The notes beneath the pieces were generated by a model. The model had not been told where the DNA came from, ran no database searches, and saw nothing but the letters and a program-made list of their open reading frames with translations. Positions 26,464 to 37,995 of a stretch of DNA of 64,000 nucleotides are shown in pieces. Origin of the DNA: Octopus sinensis (taxonomy: Eukaryota); NCBI RefSeq assembly GCF_006345805.1, contig NC_043004.1, positions 19,716,001-19,780,000 of the forward strand, read 5' to 3'. Every line of letters starts with the position of its first letter. The stretch's first letter is position 1. Both the position numbers and the translations under genes were made by a program.

Positions 26464-28005
26464 GCTTGTCATTCTAACACCTGTCTTCTTCTTTTGTTTT
26501 CTGTAAATTTGAACAATATATACGTGTGTGTATACATGTACATATGTATGAGTGTGTGTGTGTGTGTAAAATTTCTCAAATTGATATATATAATATTAAG
26601 TATATACGGTCTCTCGCTCTTTCTCCCTCTCCATTCCAATCTCTCCTTCTCTCTCTCTCTGTATCTCTCTCTCTCTCTCTCGCTGTATATATAATATATT
26701 ATATATATATATATGTATATATGTATGTGTGTGTGTGTGTATGTATGTATAAACATACATGAGTGCGTGTTTGTAAACATGTACATAAGTTATTACAAAT
26801 ACTGTTAATGTAAGACAATATTTAAAATTTCCTGCTTTTCTACAATATCGTCATAACTATTTATTTGTTTGTTTATTATTATTATTCTAAAGCTCATGAG
26901 TTTCTCGAAAGAATAATTAGACTTAAAGAATCTTGCTCAGAATGGAAACTGTCCCTACTGGCTTGAGAAATCCGCCTAATTTACAGAAATAGTTGTTTTG
27001 AAATATTTACAAATGACATCTCACAAAAACAATATGTCAAACATTTCATCTAGGAGAATCTACGCAAAATTGAAGAACTGTCTTATGAATGTAATTAGAA
27101 AAATGAATAAGCAAGTGAGTGGTAGTGATAGCTGGAGGGAATGAAATGAACTATTTTTTCCCCATAATTAATGGGGGATGACAACTACGATGTAGCAACT
27201 TGAAATCGTTATGTGTAAGAGAATATATAGAAAACAGCTCGTGAATTTTGTTTTAGTTAAAATAAAAAATAAAGACACCTGCACACGGTAGAATTCACTG
27301 GAAACTGTTGCCCTGTATGTAAGCACTAAAGAATTTCTCTTTTTCTCTCAATTCCTAATCTACTAATGTTTTATAAAGTGGAGGAAAAAGAACAGTTACA
27401 TGAATTTCTTTCTGACTGTAATTATTTTTATCTAAAAGAAATGCATCTCTTTATAAAATATTTATATTGACTAATTTAACGGAACTTTTCAAAGTAGACT
27501 TCCCTGGAAACTTTATTCTCGCTTTCTCGTTTGCTAATCTACAAACGCTCTGTAACGAAGAAAAAAATCAAAACACATTCCATGAATTTCTCCCAGACTG
27601 TAATTATCTTCATTTATTTGAAATATCTCTTTTCGTAAGACTTTTAATCAATAAATACAAGGTTATATCATGCTGACGATTTCTAAAAAGAATGAAATTC
27701 TGCTATACATGATTTCCCCCGACGAGACATTTTAAGAACGTCGTAATAAGTAAAGAAAAAAATTAAAATGTAGATTTTATACACCTTTTTCCTTACATAA
27801 TTTCCTAAAAAATATTCAAAATCAAGGCTGTAAACGGAGAAGCGTATTAAGACAATTTTTTAAAATGCTCCTTCTCTTAGACCGTTAATACACAACTGAG
27901 CTGAACTTAAGGAACATAGTCACACACAAACATAGGAACATAGTCACACACAATGCCTGATAATGAGAAATATAATATATCATTACATGATATAGTAAAA
28001 TAGAA

Positions 28006-28481
28006 TACAATAATCACAGGTTCACTTATCGCGCCCTTAGTACATCGCAGATCTTTCTAGCTAATATTTGTAAATTTATATCGTGGTGTTCTCAGTATAT
28101 TATGGGTTTCTGCGGCCGACAGGTATTTATATGTTTTTTAGATTTTAATTATTTCTGTGATAAAATAAGAATTTTCACGCCTGAATATTAATAGAACAAT
28201 AAATATAAGTACTGTACAGTACTGCACTGTATAACACATTAATTGAAATATATTAAAAGAAAATACGTAGTGTACTGTAGATGAGTAAACAAAGAATTGC
28301 ATTTGCTGTGTGGAAAACTAAACTTGGGAGCCGAGTGGATGGTGTTGTTTTGCAATTACAATAAAATAAATAAATACAAATTATAAAAATAAAAAAAAAC
28401 TATACTGTTTCCACTTCGCGGATTTTCACCTATCTCGGAGGGATTTCGAACGTAACACTTGCGATAGTCGAGGGATTACTG
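28006..28481. mobile_element. Tc1/pogo (Tigger-like) MITE
   Basis: Right end CGAGGGATTACTG followed by TA. A decayed left end TACAATAATC...TTCACTTATCGCG. AT-rich non-coding interior. Confidence 0.5.
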
Positions 28482-29119
28482 TATACATACGTGCATACAT
28501 ACATACATACATACATACCTACATACATACATACATACATACATACATACATACAAACATGCATACATACATGCATACATACATGCATTTTCCAATCGAA
28601 GGTGGATGTAGATGATTTCATTGAACACAGTGTGAGATTATTGTAATTGTCACTAGGTCTGATTCATCGTAAAGCAAATGCCATCATGAGTGATATGCAG
28701 ACTACTGTGGAGAAGACGAGCCACTGGATTTAGACGATGAGCAATGCCTTGAAGAATATTGAGCGAAAACTAATAACCAGTTGATCTAACAAGCGGGGCG
28801 ACATCTCATGATGGGAACCGGTGCACGATAATGCCATCGAGAGGAAAGCCCAGAAACAGCGCGCATTCTCTCCTGAATATCCCATAAGTTTTCTAGCATC
28901 CGTTATGCGGAGCTTTCAACTGTGTAGTACTCACTTCTGCACACACACACACGCGCGCACGCACCACACATACTCACATACACACACATATACATATACG
29001 ATACTACTCGTATGTTTAGTATAAAGAACCACAGGTTTATTATTTTAAGCGTGCAAAGAAAGCGTAACCAAAATACAAATGTATCTTATTTCAAGTGCTC
29101 AGTTGCATAATCAATAAAA

Positions 29120-29210
29120 CGGGTTTCTTTTAGATTCCTTGAGCCAAATACAACGGGTCACGCACCATGTGGTTGGCAAGCAAACTTCTTATGATGCAGC
29201 CACGCCTGTG
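29120..29210 (-). mobile_element. SINE family 2 head fragment
   Basis: Reverse complement reads CACAGGCGTGGCTGCATCATAAGAAGTTTGCTTGCCAACCACATGG. Confidence 0.6.
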
Positions 29211-30146
29211 TAGAACTTTCTATTGTGTGCTTATTGATATTACTTTCAAAAAGTTATGTAATATCAGAAGCCCCGTCAAATTAAGGGATTAATTACTCAC
29301 AAACCATTATGCCTCCTGTCGCTACCATATTTATAAAACTGAAATTTATTAGACAGCCAAGTATCAAAGACCAATAATTAATTATTTTCTCCGTTATTAC
29401 ACAGCTACGTTCTACGCGAGTAGCAATCATAAAATAATATTAATTAGAAAGAGAGAGAAAGAGAGCGAGAGAAAGGGGGGAGATAGAGAGGGAAATACGA
29501 ATGAGATGTAAGACAACATCTAAATCCATATACTTTAGCGGTTATACAGAAATGTATGATAGACAATATAGTGCCTCAAAAATAGCTATAAATCAAGTCT
29601 TACAAATACCCCAAACACTCAATTGAAAGAAACGATCATACAGTAAGGATAATTTCTTAAAGCACTATTAAGATAGCAAAAGGCGAAATATAACATATCA
29701 ATTTCCAAAAGATGCTCTGAGATTCCATCAGAAGCTTTAAGAAAACTACAACTTAAATTGCATATAATTTTATCAATCCTAGAATGGTGAAGCCCAAAGT
29801 TATCTTTAAAATGTAAAGACTGTAATGTAAAGAATATATCCAAAGCTATGACGATTCCTACACCTACTATCTTTAGAATTTAATAGTTTTAATAAAGAGA
29901 GGAATAAAAGAACAACAGCAACAATAACATCAATGAATACATGAAGTTAAGAGAAACTACGGTGCCAGGTTATTGATCTACTAGAAATATTAGAGAAAAT
30001 GATAAATTGAGCAAAATTTGTCTATAGGTCCAAGGCGGTTGCCTTTTCGCAAGGAGAATTGTCATACGAAATGTTACCTGTGCAGCATGGAAAGCGAGAA
30101 ACATTCAGCAAAAACGAATGAATTTGTGTACGTGCGTGTGTGTTTT

Positions 30147-30182
<36 letters not shown>

Positions 30183-30255
30183 ATAATACTACCATACTAA
30201 ATTCTGGTGCCTTTAACTTAAGTACCATATTCAACTGAATCTAAATTTTACTGAA

Positions 30256-30315
<60 letters not shown>

Positions 30316-30442
30316 CATGCGTGCGTGTGATTATATCTGTGTGTGTATTTTAGTACATCTGGGTGGAAAATGCGTGCATCTAACTAATTATTAAGAGTGG
30401 AGACCGGTTGTGATAGAGAAAGCAGAGAGAAGGAGGAAGAGT

Positions 30443-30483
<41 letters not shown>

Positions 30484-30559
30484 TTCTAGGTGTGTGAGCT
30501 AATGTTTGTACTTATTGATAGCAGAATCTTTGTCAAGGAGAATACTGACTTTCTTTTAG

Positions 30560-30715
30560 CTATGGTCTATAATTCTATGTGTGGTATTAGTTCAAATGCC
30601 GCCAGTATCATCTTTGCCTTTCATCCTTTTGGAGTCGGTAAGATAAGTACCAGTCGAATACTGGAGTCGATCTGATCGTCTTAACTCTCCCGCGGTGGCC
30701 TTGTAAAAACTTGAA
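30560..30715 (+). mobile_element. SINE family 1, decayed
   Basis: CTTTGCCTTTCATCCTTTTGGAGTCGGTAAGATAAGTACCAG matches the 18026 copy. Confidence 0.65.
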
Positions 30716-31269
30716 ACTGATAATATGGATGACATTTAAAACGGAACTTGATATTCTTAAGCAGTTTTCTAATGCAATTCTTAATTAGCTTTGTAGAAGA
30801 AAGCCAGCAACTAATCAGAGTTGAAGTACATTCAGATCGTGAAGAGCCATTGATTGATGCCATTTGCAAATTGAATATTTTCCAGTCAGTTAATTCAGTT
30901 TTGTTTTAGATGAAGTCTGTCATATTTTGTTTTTGTAGCGGTATGAAGTTAAAATAACTTCAATGAGAACTCTAATGAGTTCTCAAGAAACAGATAACAA
31001 GTAAATGATTTTTTGAAATAATAGGAAAAAATGCAATCTTGCTTAAAATTATTTGCCATAAAACAAAATTGACATTCTACATAAATTTTCGCGAACGACA
31101 CAGCTGCATGAATGAAAATCGGCTCCAATCTTTGAATGCAATTGAAAATGTTTAACGAAGTTACTATGACAAAGATAAATTAATGAGAACTTAAGATACT
31201 AATACTAGATTTAATCACTATACCAGAAAAATAGAACAGAATAACAATCATTACTATTTCAGGATATCT

Positions 31270-31515
31270 TTTCTTACAAGTTCAACGTTACCTTTCATCT
31301 TTTAGAGGTCGATAAAATAAGCACTAGTTGGACACTAGGGGTCGATGTAATCGACTTACACTCTACCCCGAAACTGCTGACCTTGACCCAAAGGGTATAT
31401 ATTAAGGCAGCGAGCTGGTAGGACCATTAGCACGTTCGGTGTAATGCTCAGCAATATTTCGTTCGTCTTTGTGATCTGAGTTCAATTTGCGTCGAGGTCA
31501 AGTTTCCACCATCCT
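31270..31515 (+). mobile_element. Two abutting SINE family 1 pieces (3' half, then a new head)
   Basis: GGTCGATAAAATAAGCACTAG...GGGGTCGATGTAATCGAC is followed at 31402 by TAAGGCAGCGAGCTGG. Confidence 0.65.
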
Positions 31516-32245
31516 TCCCACTATAGCTTTGTAGTTTGGATCCTAGCGATTATTCAAGAAATTCTTCATCACATCTTTAAAACTAAGCCATGCTTCTTTT
31601 TGAGAATCACGAAGAGAGTTTACAAAATTTTCATCATTGACAATTTCTTTATATCTGGTCCTATAAGTACATCCTCTTCAACCTTGGCGTCTGATAGAGC
31701 AGTAAACTTGTCACGCAAATACTTGAAACCCTCTCCATTCTGTGACAAGGCTTTTACGAATTGCTTGAGAAGTTAAAAGATTCTTGGATTTCAGTCTGAA
31801 ACCTAAAAGCTCTGCTGACTTCGTTACGAAGTCTAAGTTCCTCATTAGAGCATTTAAGTCATACTGATGAAATACTCGAAGCTCTTAATCTTCACTGCTA
31901 TTGAAGTCTTCATCGTCATTGCTATTTCTTCCTTCTGTCTCATAAATTGTGTCCCTGCACCTTACATGAGCAAAGGTAGTACATCACTTTGATTTTTACG
32001 CTGTCTCCATATGACTGGAACTCCAAAAACGAAGAGATTACTCCGTACATTTAGTTAATTGTCTCAGTCGCTTCAACACAAATCGAGAAGAACGTCTGAG
32101 GAATCAACTTCTTAGCTTGCTCTACTAATTTCACATCAAATTAGGCATAGTAAAATTTGTTCAGAAATTCGGTAATTTTTTCTGACGTTTCTGAGACATA
32201 AACTCGCCACAAATGTAACAAAAATTATCCGTTCATCCTGCACAT
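31515..32245 (-). mobile_element. Chapaev3-like (CMC superfamily) transposase remnant with an internal deletion
   Basis: N-terminal DNFCYICGEF...FGVPVIWR and catalytic-region LKQFVKALSQNGEGFKYLRDKFTALSDAKV...GPDIKKL...KEAWLSFKDVMKNFL. Superfamily assignment is from recalled motifs. Confidence 0.75.
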
Positions 32246-32689
32246 CTAGAAGACAACTTTGCTTCAAATGATGTGGAGCACTCTACAGACACGTTTACCC
32301 TTAATGTAGTCCTTGAGGAGATTCGGCGTGACACAGACTGTGACAAGGCTGGACCTTTGAAATACAGGTACAACAGAAAGGAAAGAGAGGGTAGAGAATT
32401 TTAACAGTATATCTTCGATTTACAATGCAAATGTATACATATCGTTAAAGAAGCATTGAAATGTAACAGATGATTCAATAAAACAATTCATGTAGCATAA
32501 ATACATTGAAAAAACGTATGAAGAAATATCGGAAATAAGTAAAAGATACGTTTTAACCTAAGAAATATGACCTTGTAAAGTGCTTCTTTCTCTCCTCATT
32601 GCTTACGGTGGTGCAGGCATCTCTCTGTGTAGTTGAAGAAGTCTTTACGTTGTCAGACACTTATTTTTCAAAATTATGTTTGTTAGTTA

Positions 32690-33075
32690 TTCTGTTATCG
32701 TGGTACTCCGTCGATTACGACGACGAGGGTTCCAGTTGAACCGATCAACGGAACAGCCTGCTGGGGAAATTAACGTGTAAGTGGCTGAGCACTCTACAGA
32801 CACGTTTACCCTTAATGTAGATTTCAGTGAGATTCGGCATGACACAGAGTGTGACAAGGCTGGCTTTTGAAATACAGGTACAAGAGAAAAAGAAAGAACG
32901 ATTGAAAGTTGTGGTGAAAGAATACAGCAAGTTTCGTCACCACACCTTCTCGGAGCCTCGTGGAGCTTTAGGTGTTTTCACTCAATAAACACTCACAACG
33001 CCCGATCGGGGAGTCGAAACCGCGATCTCACGACCGCGAGTCCGCTGCCCTAACCACTGTGCCATTGCACCTCCT
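32690..33075 (-). mobile_element. tRNA-headed SINE (family 4), with a partial duplicate at 32270-32390
   Basis: Minus-strand head has TGGCACAGTGG (A-box) and GTTTCGACTCC (B-box). The GCACTCTACAGACACGTTTACCCTTAATGTAG block occurs twice. Confidence 0.7.
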
Positions 33076-33411
33076 ATTCTGTTATAGTCTATTTAGATAT
33101 GGCAATTAATAGGGATAATAAAAGCCAGTGTTCACATTTAGACATAATAGTAAAACGCAATAATCAATTTTGCGAAGAAAATGTACGTGATAAGATCATT
33201 TCTTTGTAAATTTTGAAAGCTGCGGATAAAATTGATCGATTTCACCAATAGGTGTGAAACAACGTTTTGGTAGCAGACGTTTGTAATGAGGAAATTCCAA
33301 ATGGAAAAGATAAACTGGGGAAGAAATGGTGGATAGGGAACAAGTGGTAGACAAGTCGATCGTACCCGAGGGGATGTGTCACGAAGATAGCACAGAGGAA
33401 AAGCCTCTATA

Positions 33412-33490
33412 ATGGTAGTAAAAAACGGAAAACGTGAAGACAGCATGTCAGCCGGTCGGAGTCTGTTGGTTCGTGTTTCCTTACAAACAG
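33412..33490 (+). CDS. Candidate first coding exon (MVVKNGKREDSMSAGRSLLVRVSLQT), phase 1
   Basis: Consensus donor CAG/gtgagt at 33490/33491 with an open frame from the ATG at 33412. No homology recognised. Confidence 0.15.
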
Positions 33491-34684
33491 GTGAGTGTCT
33501 TTTATTAAATGTTTCACAAGCAACATACAAACCACAGAGATTTTTTTTAAATTTAGAAACAAGCCTCACAAAACACGCTGTGCATATACCTTTTTAAAAT
33601 AATAACTTAGTACATAATTTTACGCAGTGATCTCTCTCTAAAGAAGACTTTCATAACAAAAGCGTTTCTGTATTTGAAATTGTATTCGGTAGATTCATTT
33701 AATTATGACATTGGAAACGATTTAGAAGTTATTTTAATATAATTTACATATAGCTCTGAGGCCGACAGAATCAATATATTAACAGATACTCTATTATAAT
33801 CAGGTATATAGTATATTTATAGCTTTCGTAGTTCAAATTACACAAGGTTTATATTCGAACAAGTATATTGTAATTCTGCCTCTGATTAACTTAGACACTT
33901 TTCAAAGATTGAAAAATAATGGGTGGTACGACCAAAATAGCTTAAGGAAATATATATTTCTATTAAGAAGAAAAATTCAGAAAATTGACATAATTTAGCA
34001 TAATATTTAGTGTCGAAGTCTTGAGAGAATTTATCTTTTGTATACATACATAAACACACGCAAGCAGACATATTTTATTTAGTTAATCCACTCATGCGTT
34101 GTAATTGTAAAGCAGGAAATAATTTTGTCTCTTTCAAAACATTAATTAAGTTCTATAATTACAAAAGTACATAATATTAATCCACTTTGTATATGTTTTA
34201 TCAAGATTCATACACGGTTTGACTCATTAAAATCTATTCAGGCAAGATAATGGATGCACCTTTCAACGGAAATTATATCTATGTTTTTATCAGTCATATG
34301 TTCCATCTAAAATAATGTTATGTATAGTCAGAGAATTATATATTTTAATAGAAATCAGATACGATGAGGAGTAAAAATTAATAACGCTTCAAAACATGGT
34401 AAAAGTTTGTTATTTTCATTCCCTTGGAATTTGCCCTTAAATGTGGTTTTGGACGTTTTGACTCCTCCTTCTTAACAAGGCGGCCTGTTAAGGGCTACCT
34501 CTTGTTGTCTTTCAATGTGTACTAGTTTTATATGGAAATATGTTGTCTATTTGCATTATATAGATAATGTTGACTAGATAAACAGAGTAAGCTAATGTAG
34601 ATAAATTTGTACATAAATTTGATCACTATAAACAAATCGTTTGTGCCGGTCGTTCAGCAAAAGCATAATACCCACACCTCATCT

Positions 34685-34738
<54 letters not shown>

Positions 34739-34759
34739 AAACAAAGGAAAAATACACAC

Positions 34760-34838
<79 letters not shown>

Positions 34839-34858
34839 CACACACACATATATATATA

Positions 34859-35253
34859 CTAGCAGTATCGCCCGGCGTTGCTCGGGTTTGTAAGGGAAAT
34901 AATTATATAAGCATTTTTAGAGGTGTAAAGTATAATAGCCATCTCAATATGGCTAACCACAAAGGGGGAGGGGTGTTACTGTAGCTTTTTACGTTCTGAG
35001 ATTTAATGATAAATTTTAGAGAGTTACTTCCCTTATATATGTCAAAAATGGATTAAAAATGGGAAAAATTGATGGTAATTTTTTTTTTAAATCGTAGACT
35101 CATCGTAGACGCGCGCTAATACCCAGACGGTCTCGATATGAATCACGACTATAAGATACCCGGTTTTGGTTAAACTGCACCGCAAAATGTGGGAGTAGTT
35201 AGGAATCTAAATCGTAGGAGACAGACACACAACCTCACTTTTATAAATAAAGA
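34859..35253 (-). mobile_element. Non-autonomous Helitron-like element
   Basis: Minus strand: A|TC 5' end at 35253, GC-rich hairpin CCCGAGCAACGCCGGG (34886-34871), CTAG|T 3' end at 34859, no TSD. Confidence 0.8.
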
Positions 35254-35316
35254 TTTCCTCTATTTACATAATATTGAGGTCTCTTTCTTTCTTTTGTTAT
35301 CTTACTGTTTTTACCA

Positions 35317-35353
<37 letters not shown>

Positions 35354-35425
35354 TATATATAGTTACAGAGATGTACTTGCATAGCAAGTGACTTGATCTG
35401 AGATCGTGTGCTGGAACGAAAACAG

Positions 35426-35684
35426 TTGCAGCGTTGAAGGTGTTTATAAGCCATTTAAGAAACACACAAAAACCGTTAGATTCACTTCAACATTTAAATT
35501 TAATTTGTCAAAATATTTTCATCGCTTTGAGACCGCGACCTGTTAGCACGATATTTTTGTCAGTGAACAGGTCGCGGTCTCAAAGCGACGAAAATATTTT
35601 GGCAAATTAAATTTAAATGTTGAAGTGAATGTAACGGTTTTTGTGTGTTTCTTAAATGGCTTACAAACACCTTCCACGCTGCAA
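35426..35684. repeat. Fold-back palindrome (119-bp arms, 21-bp spacer)
   Basis: Arms 35426-35544 and 35566-35684 have 5 mismatches by manual alignment. Confidence 0.95.
35556..35606 (+). ncRNA. Candidate minimal type I hammerhead ribozyme with G3:C8 core
   Basis: TTTGTCA-GTGAACA-G-GTCGC ggtctcaaa GCGAC-GAA-AATATT-T-TGGCAAA. Stem I 7 bp, stem II 5 bp, palindromic stem III. Confidence 0.5.
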
Positions 35685-35754
35685 TATATATATACACACA
35701 TATATATATATGTATGTATGTATGTATGTGTGTATATGTGTATGCATGTATGTG

Positions 35755-35990
35755 TGTGTGTGTGCGTGTCTGTGCTTGTGATTGTCCTCCACCACTGCTT
35801 GACAACGAATGTTGGTTTGTTTACATCCCTGTCACCTAGTGGTTTGACAAAGGAAACAGATAGAATAAGTACAATGCTTACAAAAATAAAAGTGGAGTTG
35901 ATTCATTAAACTACAATTCTTCAAGGCATTGCCCCAGCATGGCTACAGACCAATGGCTGGAAAAAGCAGAAGAATAAAAGAATACATTCT
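35755..35990 (+). mobile_element. SINE-like repeat (family 3)
   Basis: Homologous to 23810-24010. Confidence 0.7.
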
Positions 35991-36041
35991 CTGCTTTGGT
36001 CAAGGCATGAGAAAGCTTGAGTTTACATGAGAAGGCCTAAC

Positions 36042-36415
36042 AGACCTGGTAGAAACAGCAGCCAAATCTCCCTCAAATCACACCTTACTGTCTTATGTAT
36101 GTATATATATATGAGCCAATGAGGGGGACCTCTACATGGTAGCTAGACCTGGTAGAAATAGCAGCCAAATTTCCCCCAAATCACACCTTACTGTCTTATC
36201 TATGTATATATGTATGTATGAGCCTATGAGGGAGACCCCTACATGGCAGCTAGACCTGGTAGAAATAGCAGCCAAATTTCCCCCAAATCACACCTTACTG
36301 TCTTATCTATGTATATATGTATGTATGAGCCTATGAGGGAGACCCCTACATGGCAGCTAGACATGGTAGAAATAGCAGCCAAATCTCCCTCAAATCACAC
36401 CTTACTGTCTTATCT
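36042..36415 (+). repeat. Tandem array, about 3.5 units of 103-107 bp
   Basis: Units begin AGACCTGGTAGAAA (AGACATGGTAGAAA in unit 4) at 36042, 36145, 36252 and 36359. Confidence 0.95.
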
Positions 36416-36675
36416 TTCTGCTACTTGGATATAGGTGTTATATTCGTCTGTAAAAAACTTTCCTATCACACACTCACACACACGCACACACACACACACA
36501 CACGCACCCTCACACACACACACGCGCACACCCACACACACCCACTCACACACACGCACGTTAGCTTACAATTTTATTTATATATTTGCGTGTGTATGTG
36601 TGGAAAGAGGAAGTGGGAAGCAGAGTGAAAGAATCACTCACTACAGTAAGTCAATTACTTTCATTTTATTCGTAT

Positions 36676-36767
36676 TTGGTTAAACTGTACCGCAAAATGT
36701 GGGAGTAGTTAGGAATCTAAATCGAAGGGGACAGACACTCACACAACTAGAGTTTTATATATATAGA
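36676..36767 (-). mobile_element. 5' end fragment of the same Helitron-like family as 34859-35253
   Basis: TTGGTTAAACTG(T/C)ACCGCAAAATGTGGGAGTAGTTAGGAATCTAAATCG is shared with 35167-35215. Confidence 0.8.
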
Positions 36768-36774
36768 TATACAT

Positions 36775-37140
36775 AGCGCAGTAGTGGTGAGATATGACAG
36801 CAAAGAAAAGCATACATTCACTCTCTGCATGCAATTAGACTCGGAAAGTTCGTGAGGAACCCATTGACCCAATTTGCTGACTTTTCCGATAGCACACAGG
36901 TGTCAATGAATGGTTGAATGACCAAATCCAAGCTTCTCTGCTAGTTCCTCAACAGTTACGATGATATTTTGTTCCACCAGGGTATTCAGGATGTCCTTGT
37001 CGAGTTCTACAGATCTTTCAGGATGAGGCTCGTCTTCTAGGCTGTAGTTTATGGCTCGGGATTTCTGGAACCACCATTGACACTGCCTTACGCTTATTGT
37101 CCAATCCCCATATACTGCATTAATATTTCTTGTACTTTGC
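36775..37140 (-). mobile_element. Mariner transposase remnant (HTH region)
   Basis: STRNINAVYG...SVRQCQWWFQK...SLEDEPHPERS...TVEELAEKLGFGHSTIH, then KLGQWVPHEL. Confidence 0.9.
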
Positions 37141-37335
37141 ACACATTTATATTCTGTTATTCTTTTATATGTTTCAGCCTTGAGGTTGTGGCCATGCTGG
37201 ATCATGTGTGTGTGTGTGTGTGTGTGTCTATCTGTCTGTCTGTCTGTATGTATATATGTATATGTATGTGTGTGAACAATAATATTTTCAACAGATGTGT
37301 TGCAAATGTATCTGATTGTTCTCAAGCTTCAATAC

Positions 37336-37372
<37 letters not shown>

Positions 37373-37916
37373 ATGTATGTATGTATGTATGTATATGTAT
37401 GTATGTATGTATGTGTGTATGTATGTATGTGTGTGTGTATGTATGTGTGTGTGTATGTGTGTGTGTATGTATGTATGTATGTATGTATGTATGTATGAGT
37501 GTATGTTTACTTTATTACTAATTACTCTCTTCCAAGAACATTTTCACTCACTCTTAGCTCTTAGCTTCCCATACATTTTACTCATGTATCTATCAGCGTC
37601 ATAGACAGAATACTTTCACTTTAGTCTTCCTCAAATCACTCTGTCGCTATTTACCTTCATTTTATTCGTTGCCCACTGTGTGTGTGCGTTTGCGTGTGGT
37701 GTAAACCAGACTAAGAAAAGCATTTGACACACACACCAGAATGTGAGTTTTCTGTAAATTTTGCTTAATTGGAGTTTAAATTTTAAAAACTGGACCTGGC
37801 ATGACGCGATGCATTGTACTCTCAAAAATGCTAGGTAAATTGTAATTGAAGAAATCCTATATTGTAGATTTGTATAACTCCCAAAGGGAGGCAGATAAAA
37901 TCTGCCTTTTATAATA

Positions 37917-37995
<79 letters not shown>

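Noticed and set aside
33138-33569. 143-aa minus-strand ORF
   Set aside because: No recognisable motif or splice structure. It overlaps a purine-rich plus-strand stretch whose complement is naturally poor in stop codons.
36042-36415. Regular repeat array considered as CRISPR-like
   Set aside because: The whole unit repeats with no unique spacers, the context is eukaryotic, and there are no cas genes.
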